A stretch of DNA of 62,988 nt, the filler included, from Octopus bimaculoides (Eukaryota): the NCBI RefSeq assembly GCF_001194135.2. It is 6 parts of 6 records of this genome, joined end to end, with 100 filler letters (N's around TTAATTAATTAA, not from the genome) between each part and the next. Parts side by side here need not be neighbours in the genome. Positions count along the whole stretch, not along the records: positions 27,035 to 44,432 come from NC_069003.1; positions 44,533 to 46,223 come from NC_069000.1; positions 46,324 to 61,551 come from NC_068992.1; 3 more parts are not named here. One strand, given 5' to 3'. The translations under genes were made by a program, and so were the position numbers. The notes beneath the pieces were generated by a model. The model saw only the letters and a list, made by a program, of their open reading frames with translations, was not told the DNA's origin and ran no database searches. The first letter of the stretch is position 1. Each line of letters starts with the position of its first letter. This document shows positions 39,294 through 50,737 of this stretch, piece by piece.

Positions 39294-40128
39294 CTGAGAA
39301 AAGAATTTAGAAATAATAATTATTATTATCATTATCATCACCGTCATCATCATCATCATCATTATTATTAATTATTATTATCATTAAGGTGGTAATCAGG
39401 CAGGATCATTTGCATGCAGGGCAAAATGCTTTGCAGCATTTCATCCATATTTATGTTCTGAGCTCAAATTCTGCTGAGGTCGACTTTGCATTTCGTCCTT
39501 TAAGGGTCAATAAAATAAGTACCAGTTGGGTTTTGGGGTAGATGTAATCGACTTAACTCTTTCCCAAACTTGCTGGCCTTGTGCCAAAATTTGAAGGCAT
39601 CATCATCATCATCATCACCATCATCATTATGATTTCATTGTGATTTAAAGTTCTCTTTTCCATGCTTGCATGGGTCAGACAGAATTTGTTGAGGCAGGTT
39701 TTCCCACAGCAAAATGCTCTTTCTGGCCCTTTCTTTTGCCAACTCTCACCCATTTCCAAGCAGGGCATGTTTTTTTCAAGGAAGACTAGAAACAAATAAC
39801 ATCATTCATATGATGGTGAGGCTCATTTACAATCATCCCATGAGGTCAACGCAAAGATCACACACACACTCACACATAGTCAATGGGCTTCTTTCAGTTT
39901 CTGTCTGCCAAATTCACTCATGAAGTTTTGGTCATCCCAAGGTTATAAGAGAAAACACTGGCCAAGGTATTGTACAACTGAAGCAAACCCAAAGCCATGT
40001 GGCTGCAGATTGAGTTCCTTGATCACCCATCCATATCTGCACCTAAATATATGATTGAACGAGGACCATCGAAGCTTTTTTTTACCAGTGGCAATGACAT
40101 ATAACAACAAAAGAGGAGAAAACCTTAC

Positions 40129-40288
40129 TGAAAAATATTTATGGAAGCCAGGATAGATTCGTGACTAGCATTTCTAATCCAAACCCACACTGATGCGGTG
40201 AAGGCTGATCCTGTGAGTGGGATAGAATTAGCAAAGTGAGCACCATCTGTGCTCTGGTCAAACAGGAGGGTAAAATTCTCAGAAGCAG
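40129..40288 (-). CDS. Exon, start of LamG/pentraxin-like domain (ASENFTLLFDQS...AFTASVWVWIRN...)
   Basis: cttttccag / gtaagg, 160 nt, phase 1 to 2; FTASVWV motif. Confidence 0.9.
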
Positions 40289-41806
40289 CTGGAAAAGAAT
40301 AGAGAAACAATTCAGTGAGAAACAAGTGGAAATTTGTGACACACAAACACACAGACACACACGTGCACAGACAGACACATACACATACACACTCACACAC
40401 ACACATATGCAAAAAGGTAAAGGTAAAGATCCCCTTTAGTCATGAATGACCATGAAATTGCATCTAGAAAGTTCCCCTCCACGGCACAAGTCCTGGCAAG
40501 GTTGTTTTATGGGAGACCAGCAGTCACCCATGCATACGGGCCTCCCCTCCCCACACCACCAGTGTTATCCAAGGGAAAGGCAAAGGGGCCGATACAGCTT
40601 GGCACCAGTGACATCTCAACTCATTTCTACAGCTGAGTGAACTGGAGCAACATGAAATAAAGTGTCTTGNNNNNNNNNNCCAAGGGAAAGGCAAAGGGGC
40701 CGATACAGCTTGGCACCAGTGACATCTCAACTCATTTCTACAGCAGAGTAAACTGGAGCAACATGAAATAAAGTGTCTTGCTAAAGAACACAACACACAG
40801 CCCAGTCCAGGAATCGAACTCACTACCTCACGATTGTGAACTCGATGCTCTATCTACTAGCTCACGGTATATAAACAAAATTGAGCACACATTCACAAGG
40901 TATGTGTATTGTTAGTTTGTGGGCCACCTGCAGTTTTTAGGCATAGGAGAATAAGTTCTTTATGCACTTAGTGTAAAAAAAAACGCCTGAAAGGAAAGTT
41001 ATGGGCAAGGGAGACAACTCACATTACATCCCTTTTAGGAGCAACGGACATCCATGTTTGATAATTGTTTTGACTTATCAATGCCACATATTGAACAAGG
41101 CCTGCCGCAAGTTATATCACCAACTATGACTATATGCTAGATAGTTTAAACGCTATCTGCTGGCATGTTCCAAAGTTTTATGCCACAGAAAAATTTCAAA
41201 TATGAAGTAGAAACAAGGCATGTGTGTTGTTAGTTTGTGAGTCAGCTGTGGTTTTTAGACGTAAGAGAAAATATTCCCTATGCATCTGGTGTAAAAAAAA
41301 ACATCTGAAAGTAAGTCAAATATATATNNNNNNNNNNGCGTTGAGATGTCTTAGAAAGTAAAAGAAGTGATTTTAAATTCTCAAACGTAAGATAATGTTA
41401 ATAATATAGCCTGAACAAGATAAACTACCCCTATTTTTGCAGAAAAAGTGTAGTTGGTTAGCTTAGCTAATCACCTACACTTTTTTTTGCAAAATAGGGG
41501 TAGTTTTTCTGCAAAATAGGGGTAGTTTATCCTGTTCAGACTATATTATTAGCAATATCCTGCGATAATGTTAATATATATATATATATACACATGGTGA
41601 AGTTGAAAAAAATTCTTTTAAAAAGGCTCAGTTTTCATGGTCAAAACGATTTCATGGTCAGCGCTGTAACATGCTTTCCACTCATCTGTGTGTGTGTCTA
41701 TATATTTTAGAAACCTGCAACTATGAAATATGCAAAGCAACAACGAAGAATGCCATTGCTTTGATGAGAATTTCCATACGTCCTTAATAGCACATCTCAT
41801 ACTAAC

Positions 41807-41956
41807 CTTTACACTTGTTGTCTGCAAAAGTCAGACCCACAGCACACTTGCATGTGGTATCCGTCCGGGCAGCGTTGGCGACACACACGCTGTTCACTGG
41901 ACATTTTGAATCTTTGCAAATATCAACTGGGTCTTGGCAGTTATCACCTGTAAAAC
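41807..41956 (-). CDS. Exon, EGF-like (RFTGDNCQDPVDICKDSKCPVNSVCVANAARTDTTCKCAVGLTFADNKCK)
   Basis: ttttatgtag / gttagt, 150 nt, phase 1 to 1; completes the previous EGF (FTGDNC) and adds another. Confidence 0.93.
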
Positions 41957-42567
41957 CTACATAAAATGCAAAATAATGATATGTTAATGATGTTTATTAA
42001 GGATAATGACATGGTTGTTGAAAGCCATCACAACATCCAATATAAGCATACATACATACATACATAAACAAACATAGATTAGTAATATAATATTTACCTA
42101 GTGCACACTTGCATTCAAAAGTATTTTTGTGGTAGATGCAAGTGCCCCCATTTAGGCAAGGGGAGATTTTGTTACATGTATGATGCTTCAGATGACAATA
42201 TTGACCGTAATATTCTGAAATTAAAAAAAATAATTTTATTTTAGTTTAAATATACATAGAAATATTGAAAAGTTAATCAGTCTTCTATAGCAATAAATGT
42301 GAAAGTGTGTCCGGGACCCCTATATCTCTGTCTACATTTTCTCTTTATAGACGTATTATACCATTTTGGAATAAGGATGACCCCGGGATTGAAAATCTGC
42401 CCTTCATTTGGATCTTGGAATCAGGTCTGGACGAGGATTTGTTATATGTTAACAGTTGAAAATTCAAATTTTAAAAGAACTCTAAAAATTTCTAAACTTA
42501 CAAGTTTTTCATTTAATCTGAATTTAAAGTAACATCATATTGGTAGGATAATACCATATTTATAGAA

Positions 42568-42840
42568 AAGATTGTTTGCCAACATAACATGGCAGTCCTG
42601 GTTCAAGACTAATGTTGCTGTAATTTAGCCCCAGGAGACATTGTCTCCAGCTGGCTATACGACACAATCTGTGTCCTTACATTTTCGAACAGATCATGTC
42701 GTATAGCCAGCTGGAGACAATGTCTCCTGGGGCTAAATTACAGCAGCATTAGTCCAAAACCAGGACTGTCATGTTATGTCGGCAAACAATCTTTACTACA
42801 AAGTACTGTTACTGAATATCTCATGTTGTGAGATTAAAAG
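42568..42840. mobile_element. Second copy of the same foldback family, 97-bp arms
   Basis: Arms 42568-42664 and 42697-42793 are reverse complements with about 6 mismatches. Confidence 0.85.
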
Positions 42841-43124
42841 ATTGTAAGTTTCTAATACCATATTTTGAGGGAGGAGACTAGTTGATTACATCGACCCCAG
42901 TATTTTACTGGTACTTTAATTTATCGACGACCCCTAAAGGATGAAAGGCAAAGTTGACCTCTGCAGAATTTGAACTCAGAACATAGCGACAGACAAAATA
43001 CTAGCAAGCATTTTACGCTCCCTGCTAATGTTTCTTATTTCTTTATTGCCCAGAAGGGGCTAAACATGTAGTCCTTCGTGTAGACCTTGTCAAATTGCCT
43101 GACCTATGCCAGCATAGATGAGGA

Positions 43125-43425
43125 AGATTGTGATGATGATGATGGTGGCAAGGATGAGGATGATGATGACAATGATGACGACGACAACAATGATGATGAT
43201 GATGATAATGACGATGATGACAATGATGGTGATGATGATGATGATGACAATGATAACGATAATGATGATGATGATCAAGTTGGCAATGATGATGACAATG
43301 ACAACAATGATGATTATGATGATGATTATGATGATAATGATTATGAAGACGATGATGATGATGATGACAATGATGATAATGATAATGAAGACGATGATGA
43401 TGATGATGACAATGATGATTATGAT
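43125..43425. repeat. Degenerate (GAT/GAC/AAT)n tract
   Basis: Direct reading; intronic. Confidence 0.9.
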
Positions 43426-43538
43426 GTTCGAGGTAGAAAACTAATTGCCAACTTCAAGTTTATGTGAGAATGCTTCCAAATGAAGTTTAGAGACAAACAA
43501 TTTAATATGAATATCAAAATATTTTGAGCATAACTTAC

Positions 43539-43669
43539 GACTTGGACAAGTACAACGAGCTGCGTCATTTTGTAAGATACAGCTGCCATTGTTGAGACAG
43601 TTGCTTGGAGTTGCAGTGCAGGGGGAAGGAAGATTCTGACAACTGACCCCAGTTGTATTGTGTTGGCAT
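43539..43669 (-). CDS. Exon, EGF-like (CQHNTTGVSCQNLPSPCTATPSNCLNNGSCILQNDAARCTCPS)
   Basis: ttttaattttag acceptor, gtaagt donor, 131 nt, phase 2 to 1; CLNNGSC...CTCP EGF motif. Frame differs from the ORF track. Confidence 0.93.
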
Positions 43670-43752
43670 CTAAAATTAAAAGTGGGAAAAACATGAAGAA
43701 AATGAAGAAAAGGTAACTTTAACAGAAAGTAATTGGCTTCGGATTGTATGTG

Positions 43753-43792
<40 letters not shown>

Positions 43793-44129
43793 ATGTAATG
43801 ATTATGTCTTGTATTTCAGTCTACATTTGCTCTATGTAGACATATTATACCTTTTAGGGATCAGGAAGATCACAGGATTGAAAATCTGTCCTTCATTTGG
43901 TTCTTGAATGTCTAGCATTGGGATCTGATTTAAAAGCATTTGGGTTGCATTTTCTAGCGGGTGAAGCTTGGCTGATTCACGCCATCTTGGTTGGCGTTTG
44001 TCAGATAATATCAGAAATAATGACATTCGTTTCATTAAATTTTACATCATTAATTTTATGTCAAGATAAGAACTTTGAGACAAATTGGCCAACAGTTGGA
44101 ACCCAACTTGGGACTGCAACAATGTTGTT

Positions 44130-44432
44130 GTTGGCACTCCGTCGCTTACGACGTCGAGGGTTCCAGTTGATCTGATCAACGGAACAGCCTGCTCGTGAAA
44201 TTAACGTGCAAGTGGCTGAGCACTCCACAGATACGTGTACCCTTAACGTAGTTCTCGGGGATATTCAGCATGACACAGTGTGACAAGGCTGACCCTTTGA
44301 ATTACAGGCACAACAGAAACAGGAAGTAAGAGTGAGAGAAAGTTGTGGTGAAAGAGTACAGCAGGGTTCGCCACCATCCTCTGCCGGAGTCTCGTGGAGC
44401 TTTAGGTGTTTTCGCTCAATAAACACTCACAA
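44130..44432 (-). mobile_element. Second young copy of this SINE, truncated by a gap
   Basis: Near-identical to 33771-34075; (AAC)n-like tail at 44120-44130. Confidence 0.9.
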
Positions 44433-44532
44433 NNNNNNNNNNNNNNNNNNNNNNNNNNNNNNNNNNNNNNNNNNNNTTAATTAATTAANNNNNNNNNNNN
44501 NNNNNNNNNNNNNNNNNNNNNNNNNNNNNNNN
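44433..44532. other. Unsized scaffold gap, 44 N + TTAATTAATTAA + 44 N (also at 3424, 26935, 46224 and 61552)
   Basis: Identical 100-nt layout seen five times. Confidence 0.95.
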
Positions 44533-44563
<31 letters not shown>

Positions 44564-46485
44564 TTATATGCATATGTATATATATGTGTGTGTATCTGTG
44601 TGTGTGTGTGTGTCATAATTTTATATTCAAATAGAAATCATGTAGTATGCTCCTTAAAGGCTGTCCATAATATTCAGCTATCTGATGTCAATAGCAGTAT
44701 ATATTTTTTATGGTTTTATTGCTTACACGAGAAGAATTCTTTCATCCTATTTCAGTTCACTATGGAGACGAATGGAACGTTACATTAACTAAAATGTATT
44801 GTTATAGAAATAACCGAAGTAGCTAGTTAAAAAACGAGGTACTTTTTGAAAAGTCACCTGAGGAGATGAATCTGCACCTATAATGCATGACAGTTGATTG
44901 TACAGCGTATCACCTGCAAACTACACGTCGAAACGATTGTAGTGGTTTTGAATAAAGAGTCTCGTGAATTCTGTTTTCTGTCTCCCATCTTTTTACATAT
45001 GTATGATTTTTCTTTCAGTTTTCTTTCAGGTCTTCTTGAGAGAGTTCAAGCCGGTTGCTAACAAAATGACACGACATTTCAAGTTAAGAGAGTTCCCGGT
45101 GTTTGTAAAAACGTGTTTGAGTTGGTGTGCTGATTGAACTCTCGATGCATACATCAGAGGGTGTGCGTCTATTTTAATAAGAGTCTCAGATGGAGAATAT
45201 TTGGAATGTCTTACAAATCTTCACTCTGCCACTAATAAACTGGATTTGGAGAATCTGCGCCAGTCTTTCTTTGCTCTTTCTTCGTGAAACCGCATATTTC
45301 TAGGTTTTGCGCAAATTTGTTGGTACATAATGTATGTATGTATGTATGTATGTATGTATGTATGTATGTATGTATTAGGAAGGAAACTGCGTACAGCTTC
45401 TCTGAGGAGCGCTCAACAAACCGTGAAACAGTTTGTCAATAGATCCACCCACTCTTTTTTTCCTCACATTAAAAGCATAGAAGGAATGTGCATACGTTCT
45501 TAGTATTACTCTTACAACCTGGCTTTCTAATATTTAAATTTATTTCAGTGCTTGTGTCTCACGCTGAGTTGTGCATAAATAGATACCCTTTATAAAAAAT
45601 ATCTCTTTCAAATTTTACTGAAACAACGACACGATTTCACGAGGAAAGTTATTAGAGTAACCTCACTTCTAAGAAGTTTAAGACGTTTCGAGTATTCCCA
45701 CGAGATGCAGAAATGAAATGAAAAACACGAGCTTGAAACAACCGTTTTTGAACGTGTCGCTCACAAAGTTTTAAAAAAAATGATGTATAAAGATAAGTGT
45801 TTTCTTGATAACTTTAATATAGTATTACAAAATATATTCAAACAACAGATATTTCAAGGAAAAACAGGGTTAGATTACCAGCCGAACGATCGGAATCGTG
45901 TAACTCGGAGTACTGGAATCATTAGTTTTACAGTTACAATGTATTAAACAATAGCTTACATTTACACATCTACAACGTAATGAGTTCTGAAATTTATCGC
46001 TTCTGATGAATCTGCAAAAATCTCGATTCCCAACCACACAGTTCCGGGTTCAGTCCCACTGCATGGCATCTCGGGCAAGTATCTTCTACTGTAGCTTCGA
46101 GCCGACCAAAGCCTTCTGAGTGGATTTGTTTGACGGAAACTGAAAGAAGCCCGTCATATATATATTGTTCTTTTTGTTATTCTTTTACTTGTTTCAGTCA
46201 TTTGACTGCGGCCATGCTGGAGCNNNNNNNNNNNNNNNNNNNNNNNNNNNNNNNNNNNNNNNNNNNNTTAATTAATTAANNNNNNNNNNNNNNNNNNNNN
46301 NNNNNNNNNNNNNNNNNNNNNNNTTGGTCGGCCCGAGAATATAGTAGATGACACTTACCCAAGGTGCCATACAGTAGACTGAACCCGGAACCCATGTGGT
46401 TGGTAAGCCAGCTACTTACCATACAGCCACTACATGTGTGTGTGTGTTTGTGTATGTATGTATGTATGTATGTATTTATGTATGA

Positions 46486-46522
<37 letters not shown>

Positions 46523-46817
46523 GATACAGGGAGAGAGAGGGAGGGAGGGAGAAATGAAGATAGACGCGGAGAAGGGGGGAGACAGTCTATGTGTACAAGG
46601 ATTAGAAGACAGTGAGAGAAATTGAGAGTAATCCGATCTGACGCATCTAAGCGATATTTCTGATGTCTATGTTGAAAGTTAATGGGTCTGTTTGTCTATT
46701 CACATGTACGTGTTTGTTTATGGCGAAAAGAAAGCATCCTTGATTAGTGTGTTGACGTAGGTGATAGTGAAAATTTCCTCCTTGAGATGCAATCCAGGAT
46801 TTATAGCTCCCACCCAA

Positions 46818-46867
<50 letters not shown>

Positions 46868-47229
46868 NNNNNNNNNNNNNNNNNNNNNNNNNNNNNNNNN
46901 NNNNNNNNNNNNNNNNNNNNNNNNNNNNNNNNNNNNNNNNNNNNNNNNNNNNNNNNNNNNNNNNNNNNNNNNNNNNNNNNNNNNNNNNNNNNNNNNNNNN
47001 NNNNNNNNNNNNNNNNNNNNNNNNNNNNNNNNNNNNNNNNNNNNNNNNNNNNNNNNNNNNNNNNNNNNNNNNNNNNNNNNNNNNNNNNNNNNNNNNNNNN
47101 NNNNNNNNNNNNNNNNNNNNNNNNNNNNNNNNNNNNNNNNNNNNNNNNNNNNNNNNNNNNNNNNNNNNNNNNNNNNNNNNNNNNNNNNNNNNNNNNNNNN
47201 NNNNNNNNNNNNNNNNNNNNNNNNNNNNN

Positions 47230-47286
<57 letters not shown>

Positions 47287-48489
47287 CATAGATGTGTGTA
47301 TGCCTGTATGTATTATCTACATACACATATACATACATACGTATGCGGTTCTATATATCTGTGTGTGTATATATATATATACATATGAATGTATATATGT
47401 ATGTGTAACTTTATAATAAACCCCTACCGTTTTATATTTATTTTTCACGTTTCGTTTACTCAGCTGTCGTCTGTCTTAAAGACAAAATCCTTTCGCTGGA
47501 TACAGACGAGACAAAATAAAGTATAAATAATTATATGCAGTCGGAGAACTGAGAAGTTTAAGGATTTTTCATAGTGATTATCAGCATATGCTAATCAGTG
47601 TAATTTTCTAAGAATGTAAAACAGCACTTTGCGAACGTTTCTTTTTTCTATTTAAATAAATATGTATTGGCGTCTATCACACATACCCAGACACATATTC
47701 GAAGCGGTGCTGAAGAGTACCTGATTTTAAGGGCGTCCCGAAAAGCCTGAGTGGAGGCTCGATCTTCTGAGTTCTCTTACAAGCCTAAAAACAAACTGTA
47801 AGGCCGCTGCAATAAGTGTATGAATCTTGAATAAAATAACAAATGATCCTCCTGTATTTTTTTTACCCAAAGTCACGAACTTTTCAACAACATCTCGTGT
47901 GCGTACGCAGCACACACACTTACTCTTTTACTCTTTTACTCGTTTCAGTCATGTGACTGTGGTCATGCTGGAGCATAGCGTTTAGTAGAGGAAATCGACC
48001 CCAGAACTTATTCTTGGTAAACCTAGTACTTATTCTATCCAACACTTTTGCCGAACCGCTAGGTTACGGAGACGTAAACACACCAGCATCGGTTGTCAAG
48101 CGATGTTGGGGGTCAAACACAGACACACAAACATATATACGCACATACATATATATATATATATACATGCATATATACGACCGGCTTCTTTCTGTTTCCG
48201 TCTACGAAATCCTCGACTTCAGTGGAATTTGAACTTTGAATGTGGAGACGGACCTAATGCCACCAAGCCTTTCGCTCGGCATGCTAACGAGCCTGTAACC
48301 GCGGCGCCGAGTATTAGTCGTGAAATTGTTTTTCTTTTTGTTTTTCTTTTTTCATCAAACTCAATTAACCCTCATTTTACATTCTCCAATATGTTTTGCA
48401 TTGGTCTTTGTAAAAACCCTAGGATTTATCTTTGTTTGCTTTTCAAGTGTTCACTTCTATCTCTAGAAGGTCGAGCAAATAAGGGTCTC

Positions 48490-49299
48490 GCCTAATGGCT
48501 AGCAAAGAATTAAAATACGCCGGCCAGAATGCTTAGCGACATTTCGTCTGTCTTTACGTTCTGAGTTCAAATACCACCGAAGTTGACTTTACCTTTCTGG
48601 CGTTGATGAAATTGACTGACCCCGTTCGCGTCATTCCTAGCATTGTACCAACATTTGTAAACAAAATGTTATTGGTAGTGGCGATGAATGAGTTTTTGAC
48701 CGTAACAAATAAGTACGTGTTCGACATTGGGGTCGATGTAATTGACGTAGCTCCCACTCGAAATTATTGGTGTTGTGCGTAATATGCACACCTATATGTA
48801 TTCATATTCCACCACGCATCACACACAACCACACACACACACACAACCACACACACACACACAACCACACACACACACACACGCACACATATTCGTGTAT
48901 CTTATGGTGTATCATTGATGTAATAATTGAATTACAGATACGTCACCGAGGTCNNNNNNNNNNNNNNNNNNNNNNNNNNNNNNNNNNNNNNNNNNNNNNN
49001 NNNNNNNNNNNNNNNNNNNNNNNNNNNNNNNNNNNNNNNNNNNNNNNNNNNNNNNNNNNNNNNNNNNNNNNNNNNNNNNNNNNNNNNNNNNNNNNNNNNN
49101 NNNNNNNNNNNNNNNNNNNNNNNNNNNNNNNNNNNNNNNNNNNNNNNNNNNNNNNNNNNNNNNNNNNNNNNNNNNNNNNNNNNNNNNNNNNNNNNNNNNN
49201 NNNNNNNNNNNNNNNNNNNNNNNNNNNNNNNNNNNNNNNNNNNNNNNNNNNNNNNNNNNNNNNNNNNNNNNNNNNNNNNNNNNNNNNNNNNNNNNNNNN

Positions 49300-49331
<32 letters not shown>

Positions 49332-50703
49332 TGTGTATGTGGCTGTGTGTTTGTGTGTGTGTGGAAGTGTATGTGTATGTGAGTCTTTGGCGTCTATACT
49401 TGTCCCTCATCACCGCTTGACAACTGGTGTTGGGATGATTACGTCTGCGTAAATTAGCGGTTCGGCAAAAGAGACAAATAGAATAACTACCAGGCTTTAA
49501 AAAATAAATCTTGGGGTCGATTTGTTCGACTAAAAAAACAATCAAGGCGTTGCCCTAGTGTGGCCGAAGTCAAAAAGGACTAAAACAAATAAAAGACGAA
49601 AGATAAAAAGAAAGAATACGGATGAAAACCTACTATCAACCTGCAAGAAATAGTCGCAAGATCGTCCTGAAATCACACTATTTCGCTCTCACTTAGAATG
49701 AGATGTGATGTACATTAGCAATAATGTGGTCTTTGAAATATTGAGTGAGGAAAACACGGAAAAGTACTCTTCAGCTGCAGCAGAGATGACATGAAAGTAA
49801 AGAACCGCATTAACAGCAAAAAGCAATACTTGGGCGACAGATATAACAATTTCAACAACAGTTTTAACAATTAAATAACTGTAAAAACTTCAACAGTGAG
49901 TGAAGTGGCCTTTACATCGCTACTCGATGTGCTAGACATAACAGTGAAATCCCCATCAAATCGCCCGCTGCTAACATTGTAAATAAAGCACTCTTCAGAC
50001 TATGTAGTGTAAATAATTTTGATATTAGAAATTATCTGTCGAGTTGACAGAATCGTTACCACGCCGGAAAAGCTGTCTAGCGGCATTTCGACCGTCTTTA
50101 TGTTCTGAGTTCGTATTCCACTGAGGTCGACTTTGCTTTTCATCAGTAACAGCTGAGCTCTGAGGTAGATGGAATCGCCAAGCCCCTTTCCTCAAAATTG
50201 CGGCCCATGTACCAATATTGGTTTCAAATATCGGTATGCCAGAGGCAGCGAGCTGGCTGAGTCGTTGCCACGGCGGACAAAATGCTTAGCGGCGCTTTGT
50301 CCATCTTTATGTTCTGAATCGGGGCTGACTTTGCCTTTCACCCTCTCGGGGACGATAAAATAAGTACTAGTTAACTACTGCGACCGATAATATACGCTGC
50401 AGGTGAGCACTTGGGTCGACTTTTACCCCACACTCGAAATTGCTGGCCTTGCGCTAAAATTTAAAAGCAATATTAAAGATTATGGCGCCAGGAATGCTTT
50501 TGATCTCAATTCCACCCGACCAGAGTCGAATTAAAGAACAACAAACAAAATAACAATTTTAATTAACATAAGCAACAATGACAATAAACAAGAGGAAAAC
50601 ATGACGTCAACAACAATTTATTTTCGACGACAATTAGGAATACAAGATTATGGGAACAACTGTGGAAACAAAGAGTGACAACAACAACAACAACAATAGC
50701 AAT

Positions 50704-50737
<34 letters not shown>

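Larger units (their letters stand above)
8715..43669 (-). other. Partial multi-exon gene for a large extracellular EGF / LamG-pentraxin / HYR / sushi / ephrin-receptor-like repeat protein (SVEP1- or uninflatable-like); 5' and 3' ends not found
   Basis: Manually spliced exons with canonical AG/GT ends and matching phases from 43669 to 27214 (5' part of the 37168 exon lies in a gap); Cys spacing typical of EGF and GCC2/GCC3 repeats. Orthology cannot be assigned without a search. Confidence 0.9.

Noticed and set aside
43087-43467. Poly-Asp/Asn ORF
   Set aside because: Intronic GAT microsatellite antisense to the gene
47701-47770. CTGAAGA...GAAA with an AGCCT/AGGCT stem as a hammerhead
   Set aside because: Stems I and II do not pair properly
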